From: Sminthopsis crassicaudata
Taxonomy: Eukaryota
Direction of reading: 5' to 3'
Length of the DNA stretch: 64,000 nt
NCBI RefSeq assembly: GCF_048593235.1
Contig: NC_133621.1
Span: 219,749,238 to 219,813,237, forward strand
Positions within the stretch are counted from its first letter, which is position 1. Every line of letters begins with the position of its first letter. This document shows positions 12,678 through 25,700 of this stretch, one piece after another. The translations under genes and the position numbers were made by a program. Under the pieces are notes generated by a model. It was not told the origin of the DNA, made no database searches, and saw only the letters and a list, made by a program, of their open reading frames with translations.

Positions 12678-15160
12678 TATCATACTTAGAAATTATCATT
12701 GGGACAAGATGACAACCTTGAAGAAAGGAAGAACATAGGGTTGATTATTTTTAGAATGGAGATGGAATGAGTTTTGGGCTTATCCTTGAGCACCTCTGTA
12801 ACCTACACTTTTATTCCCCTAGAATTCAGGAGTAAGTGGTTTAGCTATTCCAGTCCCTAGGCCTTAGGGGCGGAGGAATTGGAGGCCTTGCCAAATGTGA
12901 GACTATCTTAGGTGTGAACAATCCTCTTTTTCAGTCATGGTAGAAAGTAAGGAATAGTGAGCTGCTAATGTCTAGCTGTGGACAGAATTGTTTTTGCCCT
13001 GGATTTGTGTAAATAATGAGGCTTAGATGAACTGCCTTTGGTGACTTTTTAATTCATGTCTAGATTCCAAATGTTAAAGTTGCTATATAAAGTGGATGCC
13101 TGTTCTAGTTAAGATTGGCTATTGGGTTGGTTTTGAAACAATGGATTTTAGTGGTGAAAGCTAATGTGAGAGAGACTAGAAATGTGATGGACTTACTGCT
13201 TTCTGATGGCCAGAGCTCCCCTCTTGGAGTAGGGTTGTTGTGGCCAAGGGAGCAGAGAGAAGGCGTGCCTCTGTTCTGTGAATGGCACCTAATTGATTTT
13301 TCCTCTCTGAGCCAGGGGCTGGTCGTGACTAATTTGAACTGAATAGCTGCAAGAGAGAAAACTGCAGGGAGCACAGTTGAGTGTGGGAAAAGCAGAGAAG
13401 GAGAAGAGGGTCAGGGTGAATGGGGGAGATTTGGGGCCACATAGTCTATTGCCAAGTCCTCCCTTGAAGGAGAAAGAACTAAACAGGTATTGGTCTGGAT
13501 AAGGAAGTGAGGCTTTGGTATTACCAGAGGAATGATGGACAAAAAAGAGGAAGAAATTTAAGGATTTAGGAGGGGAAAAGTGTCTTTTTGGTGGTGCTGC
13601 ATAGAACAGAGCACTAGAAGCAAATTAGCATTCGACCCTTCTTATACCTCTTCAAAAGCCTTTTGCCCCACAAAACAGCTAATATCTCAGGCTTAAGATG
13701 AGAAATGGGTAGAAAGAGAAACCACCAAATTGGGTTTTTCTTATTTAAATTTTCCTTGCTTCTTCCACTTTTGGCTTTAAAAACAATTTACCTTCTTTCC
13801 TGTCTTGAGACCTTCAAAGGACTCTTTTGAAGAAGAGCTTAAGTCATTTTAGTCCCCTCCCTCCATATAGATTGAACCCTTTATCAGCACTCATGTCAGG
13901 ACTTCAAGGAAGCTGATACTCCTATTTTCATGACTTATTCTTCTGTAAGTTTACCTTGAAACTTAACCCATTCCTTTTTGCTGTCATCTTTTTTGTTTCT
14001 GTATCTAAATTTAGAATAGACAAGCAGGATCCTGCCCTCCAAAAACCCTTTGAAGACAAAGTAATTCTACCTGTGAAGTTTAATAAGCCATTGAAATTGT
14101 AGGAAAAAAGTATTTCTTTTAAGTTTTATGTTCAGTAATAGAAGTGGAATCCTACAAAAATTCTTATCTCTCCCTCATTACCATTTGGTCTCTTACTCCC
14201 CCCATTACTCCCTCAAACTGGGGAAGGGATTTTGGGGTCAGAACCTTGACTGTCCTGTCCAGCGAGATAGATACTCTTAAAGGGTTGGGACTCGGTGTGA
14301 TCTCCTTTGATCCTATTTTCCCTAACCCAGATCAGTAGAAAGGTGGAGGACCTCGTATCTCCATGAAGAAAACTATCTTGACACCAAAAACATTTCCCAA
14401 ATAAATCTCTAGTTTTTGCACATGGGCAGGAAGTTAGGTTTGGGCTCTGAAAGAAAGCAGAACCTGGGTTGTGGTTTTGTGGTGGTCTGACAACTCTGGG
14501 TTTTGTCCATTTGTTAAGGATTGTACCTCTAACCTAAAACCCTAGATTAGATAATTGAGGGGTAGTGGGTATGTGGAGCTTGGGGGCCCCAGGGCTGTGA
14601 AGGGAGTAAAGGGAAGAAAGTCAGTTAAACTTTTGACACTTCTCCAACTAAACAAACAAAACTTTACAATTGGAATGACCTTCCCCCTCTTTGTCCTCCC
14701 TCTTCCTCTCTACCTCCCTTCTTCCTACGTACTGATAGTGAATGTCAACTTTCCCATGTCTTCACTTCTTGGAAATAGTCCACAAAATCAAAAGGTTGTT
14801 TTTTTTTTTTTTTTTTGAATTGCCTTCTGAAATGTGAAAGGATAAGTTAGAGTTCAGTAAAGGTTGACTAAAACTTAGAAATGGTTTAAGAGGAGTTTCA
14901 AAGCCTGAGAATAATTGTAGTACAAGAAGGTAGGGCAGGAAGCCTTGGAAAAAAAGATGACATTGGGGAAATTTTAGTCTGGTGGAGTTGGTAAGGACTA
15001 TCCCATCCTTTCCCTAGTTACTGAGTCCCAACCACAATGATCAATTCAATCTTTTTCACACTTTATCTTGAGCTCAATTATACTTTCCCCCTCCCAACTC
15101 TCATTTTCCAGCAATTTTCAGATTCATTTTGTTGGTTTTCATCTTAGTTCAGCAGTTACT

Positions 15161-15166
15161 TTTATT
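15161..15166 (-). terminator. Candidate distal GDF11 polyadenylation signal (AATAAA on minus strand)
   Basis: Minus strand reads ...ccttgaccaacAATAAAagtaactg; about 6.0 kb downstream of the GDF11 stop. Other TTTATT sites (e.g. 19892, 18569) could be proximal alternatives. Confidence 0.45.
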
Positions 15167-16849
15167 GTTGGTCAAGGACTTTGTGGTTCCTGTTTTGTCA
15201 TGACAATCTTTTTTTCTTAAGTCACTTATGCTATCTGTCCTCCAGGTTAGTAGGCCTCATTTGGCAAAAGCCTTGGGAGGCACTAGATTCCCCAATCTCT
15301 CACACTTTGCTCAGTGAACTCAAGATTTGAGCCCACTTCAACTTCATTCTTCCTGGTGTACCAGGATTCAGATGGAGTCAGCTGGTCCAAACCCTCTTGA
15401 CCTGTCTCCAAACCTGATAACATTATTTAGTAGTTATTAATGAAAGAGCCTTTTAAAACTGAAGGGAATTGGTTTCTATAGCTGTAAAGCTATATTTTTT
15501 GTGATTCTTTAGTTCCTTTCTCAGATAACATGGTGAAGGACAGAAGTTTTATGAGATATGTTGAATTCAAGGACCACTGGGAAAAGTAATGAACAGGGCA
15601 GAACTTCCTTGATTTTGAACAAAGCTTATTTGCCCTTGTTTGGAGCTCTTAATTTGAGACATGGAAGAACTGAAAGGAAAAGACTTTGACTGCTATAGAA
15701 GAAAGTAATTTTCCTCTTTCTAAGTTTCCAGTTAAAGAGAACTTGTGATGGTCAAAGTCATCTACTCCATTTGTCACAAGAGTCAATCCCTTTTGAGATC
15801 TAGCCTCTATTACTCCTGTAGTTCATCTGTACTCCTTGGGAATGCTCCTAGTACAGTCCTGTGGAGATTCTTGGTAGAGAGCCCTTGAATCTAAGGCCCA
15901 ATCTCTTGGTTCTTATTATTTTTGTCTTCAAATCCCCTGAATTGTGCTCATAGTAGACATTTATTGATGTTTATTGATTTCCTTGCTTCAAAGAAGTTGT
16001 AGAACTCAGGAGCAGTGATGGAGATTAATAGAATTTTAACATGGAAATTAAGCAAATAATGCATAGTTTGTTTCCTAAACTGAGCAGATCCCAGCTAGGT
16101 TTGTAAGGTCCAGAGTACTGGGGTGGATAGAAAGAGAAGTAGCCAATTCCTCTTTTCACCTTCTTCAGTGTCATGGTTTGGAGCACTGACTGCCCCTATG
16201 GGAAGCTATAAATGCCTTAACCAACTGGCCTGCTTAGTTTCCCTACTTCAAAAGGCCTTAGGAAATTAGTTTTTTTGTCCCCACACAAGGATTAGACAGG
16301 AATGGAGAAGCATAAACTGGATGGAAAATATTTAGTGAAAGTAGGACCCAGATATTATATCCCACTTTAGAAATTGCTGGTTTGTGTTATGAGGGTTCTT
16401 TTCCCCCAATTCCATATAGAATAAGAACTACATGAGAAGTGGTAGCATATTTTTAGCTCAGGCTGAGTTTTTGGAGTCATTTATGTTTATGTGGGAGTGA
16501 GGGGGTGGGGAGTGGTATAACTTGTTCTTTCTGCCCTTGTACCCCATATCTCTACCCTCAAATATTCTTGGGTTTCAATTATGATGGCAGTTAGATTCAG
16601 GACAAAGCTAGACAACTCTGTCCTAACTGGCATAATGGGTATTGACTGGCTTTGCAGTATCTTCTAAAAATAGGGTTATAAACATCTTTAATGGCAGTAT
16701 CGATATTTTTCCATAACCATGATGAGGACTTAAAAGGCTTGGGATGTGCATTTAACTTCTGGTGTGAAGTTCTTTGAAAGTTGAAATCCTTTTAAAGTTT
16801 AAATCTATGATCCTTTGATCTTTCTGGGTGCCTCTCTTGTATCATCTTC

Positions 16850-17080
16850 AGATAGAGGAGGCATAGCAAATCAAATGTTTGCACTTGGAAGTCAAAGTGA
16901 CCTGAGTTTGAATGTGATCTCAGGTATCTAACTAGCTATGTGAACATGGACAAATTACTTATTGTCAGCCTATTGTTTTATCATCTGTATAATGGGGGTA
17001 ATAGCACCTTCCTGACAGAGTTCTCGTGGGATTCAATTGAGATAATATGTATTTTAAAAGTCTTAAAACACCAAAAATGG
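16850..17080 (+). mobile_element. MIR SINE
   Basis: Core similarity: gacctgagtttgaat...tagctatgtgaacatggacaaattactt...tcatctgtataatgggggtaatagcacc. Confidence 0.7.
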
Positions 17081-17598
17081 CTATTTTCTGTAAAATGACA
17101 GGTTGGACTCAATGATCTACAGGATCCCTTAGAACTTTAAATGTTCTGTGTGTAAGAAGAGGCTCTTGAGTCATACATATTTCCATCCCCTTTCCCATCC
17201 TGACAAACCCTAGAATCCAGCTTCAAAATCTTGTAGTCCTAAAATGGGTAAATGTTTTTGAACTCACAGACCACCTTAGGGCAAATGGTTTGGTTGCTTA
17301 GCAACCAACAAATTGACCAAATGGCCACATTGGTTTCATTTATGACTTTGGCAAGGCAGAAGTAAAAAAAGCTTTAGGGAAAAGGGAGTCAGAGAAAGGC
17401 TGTGGCTGAAATCGCAGAATTTTAGAGCTGGAAAGGACCTCAGATCATCTAATTCCACTTTTTAAGAGAGAATTCTGATCCTCTATCTTATCTTCCCCCA
17501 GGCACATGGAGGATTGTTTTCATCTAAGTTGTGTTTGCATCCTCTTTTAAGTCCCTTCCTGTCCTGGAGAATTAATTTATTTGCCTTGTATGTGCTTT

Positions 17599-17610
17599 AA
17601 AAAAAAAAAA

Positions 17611-17654
<44 letters not shown>

Positions 17655-17676
17655 TTTTTTTTTTTATTTTTTTTTT
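17599..17676. repeat. A14-(AT)18-T-rich microsatellite forming a quasi-palindrome
   Basis: A run 17599-17612, (AT)18 at 17615-17650, T-rich run 17651-17676. Confidence 0.95.
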
Positions 17677-19151
17677 GAGGCAGAGAGCTAGTGTCTTGTC
17701 TCTCTTGTAAACCTTAATTCAGAGCTCCTTCCTGATGTTTTTCCTGGTTTCCATAGTATTAAGCCAGTTGAGAGGGCTCCCTTGATAACAACTGTGATTA
17801 TTATGCAATGGAATAGAGAATGTAATGGGAACACTAAAGGCAACTGATGTCTGAATGTTACTGCTGCTGCTTATTAATGTGTGACCACAATATGTATACA
17901 AGTCACATTTAATTTCCAGGAGCCTTTTCCTATTCTATAAAATCAAGCAACTAGATCATCTTTAAGGTCCTTTCTAGTTCTAAATCCTATGAGTTTGGCT
18001 ATAGGAGGAGGAGAGCTTAGTGCTAAACTCTTTGACTTTATTATTTTTCTTTCAGGTTCAAGTGCTAGATTGGGTTATGTGACCATCCCCAAACTCAAAA
18101 AAAAAAACAAAAAACAAACAAAAAAACCCAAAACATTTAAAAAACCCCAAAAAGGGCCAATGGCTATCTCTGTCCTATGTCACTTAATTCAGAAACTGCC
18201 CCATGTCTTCATTTCCGTGTATCTTTTGGGAGACTGTCTTGTAAAGAACTCCTTTGTAGTTCTTTTAAGGCCTTCCTGTACCCCTTGACATCCCTTCTCC
18301 CTCATTACCCCCAACCTTCTCAGATGACCAATACAGAAACAAAGTTGTTCACATACACAGTGTGACATATACACAAAAGTAAATTAATAATTATAATATG
18401 TTCAAAGGGGGCACTAGTTTGATCCACATACTTGAAGCAGGGGAACATTCCCTAGCTCCTAATGTGTCTCTGAGCCCTGTCTTTAATAACCTCTTTGGGG
18501 GGACAGGGAATTGAGACTCAAATAAGTTCATGTCCAAAAGAAAAAGAGCTTAGATTCCCCCCATGGTCTTTATTTGGTAGGAATGGGGGTGTCTTCTAGG
18601 TATCCCCCCCAAGTTCAAGGCTCTACCCTTAGAACCTGTATTGGGAGGTCAAATGATGCCCCTGCTCCTTGCCTGGCCCCTTGGCCTGAGATCAAATGTT
18701 TAATTTTGGAGGAGTCATCTTCTGATCTTGAGCCTCTCTGATTCTCCCCTCCCTTCCCACCATGGTGGTGATGCGTAGTTTTTCTTGGATTGGGGTGGTA
18801 AGAATAGTAAAGAACAGGACGGGAGAGAAAAGACTGGAGAACTTGCCAAGATTCGGAGTAGGGTGAAAAGGAAACATCACCCCTCCCCCAAAAGTCCTTT
18901 CTCTCCTGCAGGGAATGGGGAAAAGGTTACCAAGGCTCCCATAGTCCCTTCCCCAAGGAAAGATAATCAAGTTCCTTTGGCTAGCCAGGCTTCTGCACCC
19001 TCCCCAGGGCAGGCTAGAATTTGGGCCTTCTCAATAAACTTCCCAACAAAAGTAAATCTGGTGCCTTTGACTTTGGCCCAGGTCTTGTCCTCAGCAAGGT
19101 TCTTGGTCACTTACAGGACTAAAAAGGGGGCCCCCGGAATCCTAAGTGAAA

Positions 19152-19311
19152 NNNNNNNNNNNNNNNNNNNNNNNNNNNNNNNNNNNNNNNNNNNNNNNNN
19201 NNNNNNNNNNNNNNNNNNNNNNNNNNNNNNNNNNNNNNNNNNNNNNNNNNNNNNNNNNNNNNNNNNNNNNNNNNNNNNNNNNNNNNNNNNNNNNNNNNNN
19301 NNNNNNNNNNN
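19152..19311. other. Assembly gap (N run)
   Basis: 160 N. Confidence 1.
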
Positions 19312-21159
19312 ACCTGTTTTGTGACCTACTACAATTCATCAGACCTTAAAAACTCCCTGCAGCCCTCAACATCCCTCTATCATCTGGCCTGGCTCCTCCC
19401 TTGCTCCCCAAAATATTGAGAGGTATTTCATGTCCGTAAAGTGCCCATGGTAAGTGCTCAGGATTCATCTCTTTGCTTTAGCTGCTTGCTGCTTCTGTTC
19501 CACCAAGAAGGGGGAACTGAGGCATGGGGGGGAGGGAAGGGGGAAAAAAGGATAGGTGGGATGGGAATGCAGAGTTAGGGATTGGGATTTGGGAGAGGGG
19601 ACAGAATGACTTGTTCTTGGAACCCATCTCCCCCTACTCTGCTTTAAACTCCATCCCCACCGCAAACTTTCTGATGTGTCCACTCCTTTGCTACCAGGTA
19701 TTACTGGCTTCAAAAAAAATAAAATAAAATAAAAAAGATAAAAATTTCTAATTAGAGTTAACAGACATGTCTTTCATGTCTTCCCCTTCCCTGCTTGCCC
19801 TGAGCTTGTGGGACTTGGAATACTTCTCTCTCTATAATTTCTCCTTCCCTTGGTCTGTTAACCCTCCAATTCCCAGCCCTGGGCAGTAATTTTTATTTAA
19901 ATTCTTTAGAACCTTCAATGAGAATCACCACTGTCTCCTCCTTGCTCCCCAGTTCCCAGTTCCTCAACTAGTATAGATCCTATTTTCTCTCCCTCAAGAA
20001 CCCTGGGAACTCAAGGGGCTCTAGTTTCAAGTTATGACCCTTTTACAAACCTGAAAATGGCAAAGGGAAGAGGGATACCACAGGCTCTTTGGTGTTTCTT
20101 AGCTAGGGGCGCATTTGTGAACTTTGGCCAGTCATTGCCTTCCAGTTTTATATCAACAGGAAAAGTGTAAATCTTGGAGTCATTTTTTGTTATAACTGAA
20201 CTTGGATATTTTGGGGCTTTTGCTTGTTCCCCCCTCCCTTCCTTACCTACTATGTTCCCCTTTCTGGGCCTTCCTTGCCTAGCACCACTGGCTCTATAAT
20301 TAAACTTGAAAGTGAGCTGTGTGGGGAATTCAGACTCCCTTTGCCCTAATTTCCCAACCCTGGATGTTTTTGATACAAGTGCTTGGGTGGGTGGGTATTG
20401 GGGTATATAGCAGGGTTCCATGGTTTAAGGAGTAAAATAGGGCACAATGGAAGAAGGGGAGGGGGAATTTCAGAATCTCTATGTAAAGCCAAACACCAGA
20501 AATGAAAAGAAAAATCACAATAAATAAATAAATAAAATGTCAAAATCCTTCCCACTCTTTGCCATCCCCAACTCCTACCTCCTTTTCCCCTGTCCACTAA
20601 GAGAGGGATGGAGATCTGGGCCTGGGTTTAATACCCTTTTCCTCCTCCATAGGCCATGGTGCATGCATAGGCATGTCTCACATTACACCAAACCAAACCA
20701 AACCAAACTAGGCCCAAAGAAAAAACGAGTTGGTATGAGGCTTACTTTCTGTCCCCATTATTTCTCCCTTGGCTTCATTCTTTGCCTAGTCTCTCTTCTG
20801 CCTCTTTTATCCCTTTGTCCTGCTTACATTCTTCTATCCTTGTCCTTCTGCCTGTCTCTATCTCTGTCTCTACTTCACTCTCTCCCTCTATTTCTTCTTT
20901 CCACACACCCTCACCTGCAAATCCCAAACATTCCCCAACTTGCCCATTGCCTTTCCCCCCCCACAAATCCCTCACCCCTCTTGTCTCTATCCCCCTACCT
21001 TCCTCTGCTGTATTGCACACTGCTTGGGGTGGGATGGGGAATAGGACATTTTGTTTAAGAGGGGTTGGGGAGGAGCTCTAGGGCGTGGGTTGGGGGGAGG
21101 GTCAGGGCTAGGGATCCAGGGAGGGGTTTGTGGGGGAGAGGGTCCTCTCATCCTCCACC

Positions 21160-21540
21160 TTAAGAGCAGCCACAGCGATCCACCACCATGCCGGGGATCT
21201 TGCCGTAGATAATCTGCTGCTTATCATTAAAATAGAGCATGTTGATGGGGGACATCTTGGTGGGAGTACAACAAGGCCCGGCTGAACCTCGGGGATTAGC
21301 CTGCTGCACCAGGTGGGTATGTGGGTACTTCTGCATGAACATATACTCGCATTGGCCAGAACAATAATTGGCCTTGTAGCGTTTGGGTGCGATGATCCAG
21401 TCCCAGCCGAAGGCCTCAAAGTCCACGGTGAGTGGGTATCGGCAGCACCGGGACTCACTCGAATGCTCATCACAGTCGAGGCCCAGATTCCTCCTGGACC
21501 GTTTTGTATTTTCCAGCACATGAAGCTCCATAAATGGGTG
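21160..21540 (-). CDS. GDF11: Growth differentiation factor 11, exon 3 (furin site and mature TGF-beta domain)
   Basis: ctcag|CAC; [129 protein letters not shown]; GDF11-type (NLGLDC), not myostatin. Confidence 0.99.
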   Translation of the reverse strand, partial: HPFMELHVLENTKRSRRNLGLDCDEHSSESRCCRYPLTVDFEAFGWDWIIAPKRYKANYCSGQCEYMFMQKYPHTHLVQQANPRGSAGPCCTPTKMSPINMLYFNDKQQIIYGKIPGMVVDRCGCS

Positions 21541-22357
21541 CTGAGAAAGCCGAGAAAAATAATGTCACAATGGGGGGACTTCCTAGGGCACTTCCTGCCC
21601 TCTAACTTCTTCAATTTCTATTTTGCCATCAATTCTCAGTGGAATATTGCACTCCCATCCTGGGCACGTGAAGGATGAATATGTGCTTACAGGTACCACA
21701 CCTTTCAATCTTTTAGTCCCTAAATAACTATCCTTAACTCCAACTAATAGGGATTAGCAAATCCCCATTAACTAAACCGGTTTTGTTCCTTGAACTCTCC
21801 TCTGGCTATCCCTGGCTCCTTCCCTAATTTACCAGTCAAGTCTTTGATCTAAACTACTCCAACAGTAATATCAAATCACAGAATATAAAGCAGAACAAGG
21901 GATATCTGAGAGATCGTCTTAGTTCAATCACTCTCATTTTACAAATGATGGAACTGAAGCCAAAAATAAGGTAAATTTGCCTGAAGATTGGAGTGTAAAC
22001 CCAGTTCCTAATGACCCAAAACCAGCTAACTTTATCCACAAATCTCTAATTTGTGCTCAAACCTAAATTCTCTCTATAGCAGCCACTGTGATCCTAACTT
22101 TGAAACCCTTCTCCACTAATTCCTCCCAAAAATCTCTTCTCTAAGTATTAATATTTTATTTTCTCTGCCCTCCTTAATTTTAGCCCCATAATACATCTTT
22201 TCCAGTGGACCTCTTTTGTGAATTCATTTCTTTTTTCACTTTTTTTCCCCCCAGCAACTCCCCCTCCCCCATTCCACTCTATTACCCCCTCAAAGCAGGA
22301 TTTCCTATACAACCAAACCTTCATTCCCTCCCCCTTTCCCCCACTTGCAGTGCTCAC

Positions 22358-22755
22358 CAGCCCTTCAGCCCCTGGCCCCAGGGAGGTAACAGCCAGGTCA
22401 GTGCCACTGGGATCGAAAGCGTTGATCTCAATGCCCCAGTTACTTTGTGGCTGGCGGAACCAACTGTGTAGCACCTGCTTGAAGTCGATGCTCTGCCAGT
22501 GGCCTGATCTTGAGTGCAACTCGATCTTGAGGGATCGGATCCGGATGTGGCGCCGCCCCCCACCCCCACTTCCTGCAGTTCCTTCCCCACCGAGGGGCTT
22601 GAGACGAAGGATTTGCAGGTATACGGTGGCAGGGCGGGGTACTGGCCTCAAGTACACCCACAGCTGGGCCTTCAGCACCTTTGTGAACATCACTTTGGGG
22701 CTGAAGTGGAAGTGGCAACAATGGGGGCTGCCATCTGTCTGCACTGCAGGGTCCG
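22358..22755 (-). CDS. GDF11: GDF11 exon 2 (prodomain)
   Basis: ttcag|CG...CTG|gtgagc; 398 nt, phase 1 to 0; (T)DPAVQTDGSPHCCHFHFSPKVMFTKVLKAQLWVYLRP...TSLGPGAEGL. Confidence 0.98.
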
Positions 22756-25700
22756 CTGAAGAAGGGAGGAGAGTACAGAAGCAGTCAGGGATGAGGGGGA
22801 GGGAGAGCTTTGGAGCAAGACAAGGGGGTCAGGGGCCTGAAGCAGAGCTCCTGGCCATCACCCTCCCCCTCCCTCCTCTTTCCTCCCTCCTCTTCTTAGA
22901 GATCATGGGCATTTTGATTCTGGCTGAACTCTTAGAGCCTTCCTAATTCTTCTTAACCACAGGATCCCTGGAGTGGTCTCTACCTATTCCCTTAACCTTC
23001 AGGCAGAATGGTTTCTTTTTTCAGCTGGGGCTCTCACCTCACTTCCATTTTGGAAGCTTTATCTATTTCTTTTTCACTCTTTGACCAATGCTCTCTATCG
23101 GGCCCTATATCCTAAAGATCTCTCTTGCTCTTGTTACAACTTGAGGTCATCTCTTTCATTCTGTTCTCATGGGAAATGGAAAACAGGGGCAGTCAAACAT
23201 TTGTCAAAGCAACTGAGGCTGTGTCTGAGCATTGTGCTAGAGACATACAGAGGTAAATTCTTTACACAGTAGGATGGAGAGGAATTTTTTTTTTTTTTGT
23301 GGAATAGGGGGAGGTGACCTCAGCTTCTCATCCTGTTTAGTGTGTGTTTCTAATAGCCCTTCAGGTTCATTGTAAGGCTTGAAGTGTGAATAAGCCATTA
23401 TTAGTAGCACATTAAGATTTTATAAAGCACTTTACAAGACACCTATATCTATAGATTTTGTTTGATCTATAAAACATCTTGGAATTCAGACTTTTTGCCA
23501 CTTGCCAAAAATTCCCCATCCTTACATGCCAAGACTACTTTCTTGTCTCTATCGCTTGTTTCATTGTTTGAGAATGGGGCAGAGCAGATCATCTTCATCT
23601 TTCCTTCCTAGCCAATACTCATTTTAGGGATTAGGTTCTTAAATAGCTTTCACATCCTTTGCTTCTAGAAAGGGCAACCCTTAAAATTAGTTCAGTGCCA
23701 GATACTATAATTCCAGACCATTTCCCTCTGTTATCCAATGGAGATAGGGAACAATTAATCCTATCAGAAGATTAGATCATAATGGATCTATCATTTCATT
23801 GGGTTTTGAAAAAACTTCCTAGAATAAGAGTGAGGCATCTCTCCTTTGCCTTTTTACCTTTTTACAGAGAGAGGGGGGGGGGGGAGAGAAACAATTAAAT
23901 TTCTTCCATCACTTTTGTTGAGTGACTTATTCTTCCTGGTGGAAGTGTGGGGTGTCTCGAGAATGGAAAAGAGGTGCATAACAGTTATGTTTTTGTTATA
24001 AATCTCAAGAGTTTTCTGTCTCAGCAACTAGAATTTGCTTTTGTGCCTTCCTTAGTAAACAAGACAACATGCTTAACATGATATAAATTCCTAGAGTGGG
24101 GAAATTGGAAGTTGGAGGGGTGACGAGACTAGAACAAACTTCCTTATGCCTCCATAACTTTTAAAGTGAAGCAACTCAAATCGAGAGATTAAGTCAGAAA
24201 AGTCCTTGTCAGTGGAAGGAGGGATACCCAAGCTTAATGGGGGAAAAGAGAAAAGTGACCTTTGGTGTACCACCTGAGTCCTCTGTGTTTGTTAGTCCCC
24301 TCCATAAAGCTGCCAGCAAAGGACACTCAGGTATCTTCCCATAAAAGCACTCTCTTCAAATGTAGCAGCTCTGCTTAGATCCCTTGTCCAGTGTAACTCT
24401 ACTGAGCTGTCCAACAGCCAGTCAGAGCTGGGAGCCAGGACCAGGTTTGATTTCTCCATGCTTCTGATTCCTTTCACTAAGATAGAACTCCTGACTGCTT
24501 GTAGCATTTCCCCTTACCCCTTTATATGTAAGCCTCCCTTCTTCAAGGTGTGCAATTATGGGAGTGCAGAACACAGCTCTGGGGAACTAGGGAGGGGAAG
24601 ATTGGAGAGAACGATGAGGAGAGCTCTGAGAGTGTGAGGCAGTGATGATATTGGGGAGAAAGCGAAAGGGAGAGGTAGGAGAGAGAGCGAGAGAGAGCTC
24701 TAGACTCAGAAATTTTGGCAAAAAGAGCCGAGGTTAAGGTAGAATAAGAAAATCAGAGGAGAAAGAGGCAGTGGTGATAGAAAATGCAAAACAAGAAGGG
24801 GAAAGTGGGAAAGGAGGGGAGAGAGGGGCAATCTAAGCTTAGTGAGGGAAAGAAAAAAGGGGGAGATAAGGGACAAAGCACAACACATGGGGGGCGGATT
24901 GGGGAGCAGCCGGAGTCCCCGACACACTTACAGCCCCAGGCAGTGGGGAGGGGGCAACATCTGTGTTGCATTGAGCTGTTTGGTAGCAGGCAGCAGCGGG
25001 TCAGGTTTAGTAGGCGGCGCTGGGGTTGGAGGGGGGGCGCGGTCGGCAGCGAGGTCACCGCACTATTTTCAGCTAGAGCCCTTCCCCCCCTTCCTCGCCC
25101 CCCCACCCAATGCACACTGGACTGGGGCCCAGAGGGCCTGGGGGCAGAAGGGGCAGGTTAGAGGTTTGAGGTGGGGGAGGTTAGATCTCATTCTGTTCCT
25201 TACTTGAGAGAATTGACTGGAGGGGCTGAAGCTGGAGGTTGAAGAGGCTACAGTGGGGCTCTAAGGTCGGGCACAGGAGGTTGGGAGAGGTGGGGGCTGG
25301 GGTCCAGGGTTGAGTACCCGGCTGGGGTTGGGGGAGGGGAAAGAAGGGGGGAGGGGAGGTTCTCTGCTGACAAACACCTCCCCTGATTAGCGGAGCACAA
25401 GTCTCTTATTAAAGCCGGTCCCTGGGGATTAGACTATAAAAGTCTCTTTTTCCTTTTCCCCTCTCTCTTCCCTCCCTTCTCCACACTCCCCCTCCCTTTT
25501 CAAGATCCCTGGCTCGCTCTTAAAGGGGACGTACTTTACCCCCCGGTCCACCACTGGGCCCCTAAATTCTGTTTTAGGGTGGGATGAGGTTTGCAGGGGC
25601 CGAGGATTGGGGGGGAAATGCTTGTTTCATCCTCTCTCTCCCCTTCAAAACTGCCGCCTTCCTTTCTCTGTGGTCCAGTCATTTCTGATACCCAGTGCCA

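Noticed and set aside
22218-22946. 242-aa + strand ORF
   Set aside because: Antisense shadow of GDF11 exon 2; no recognisable domain.
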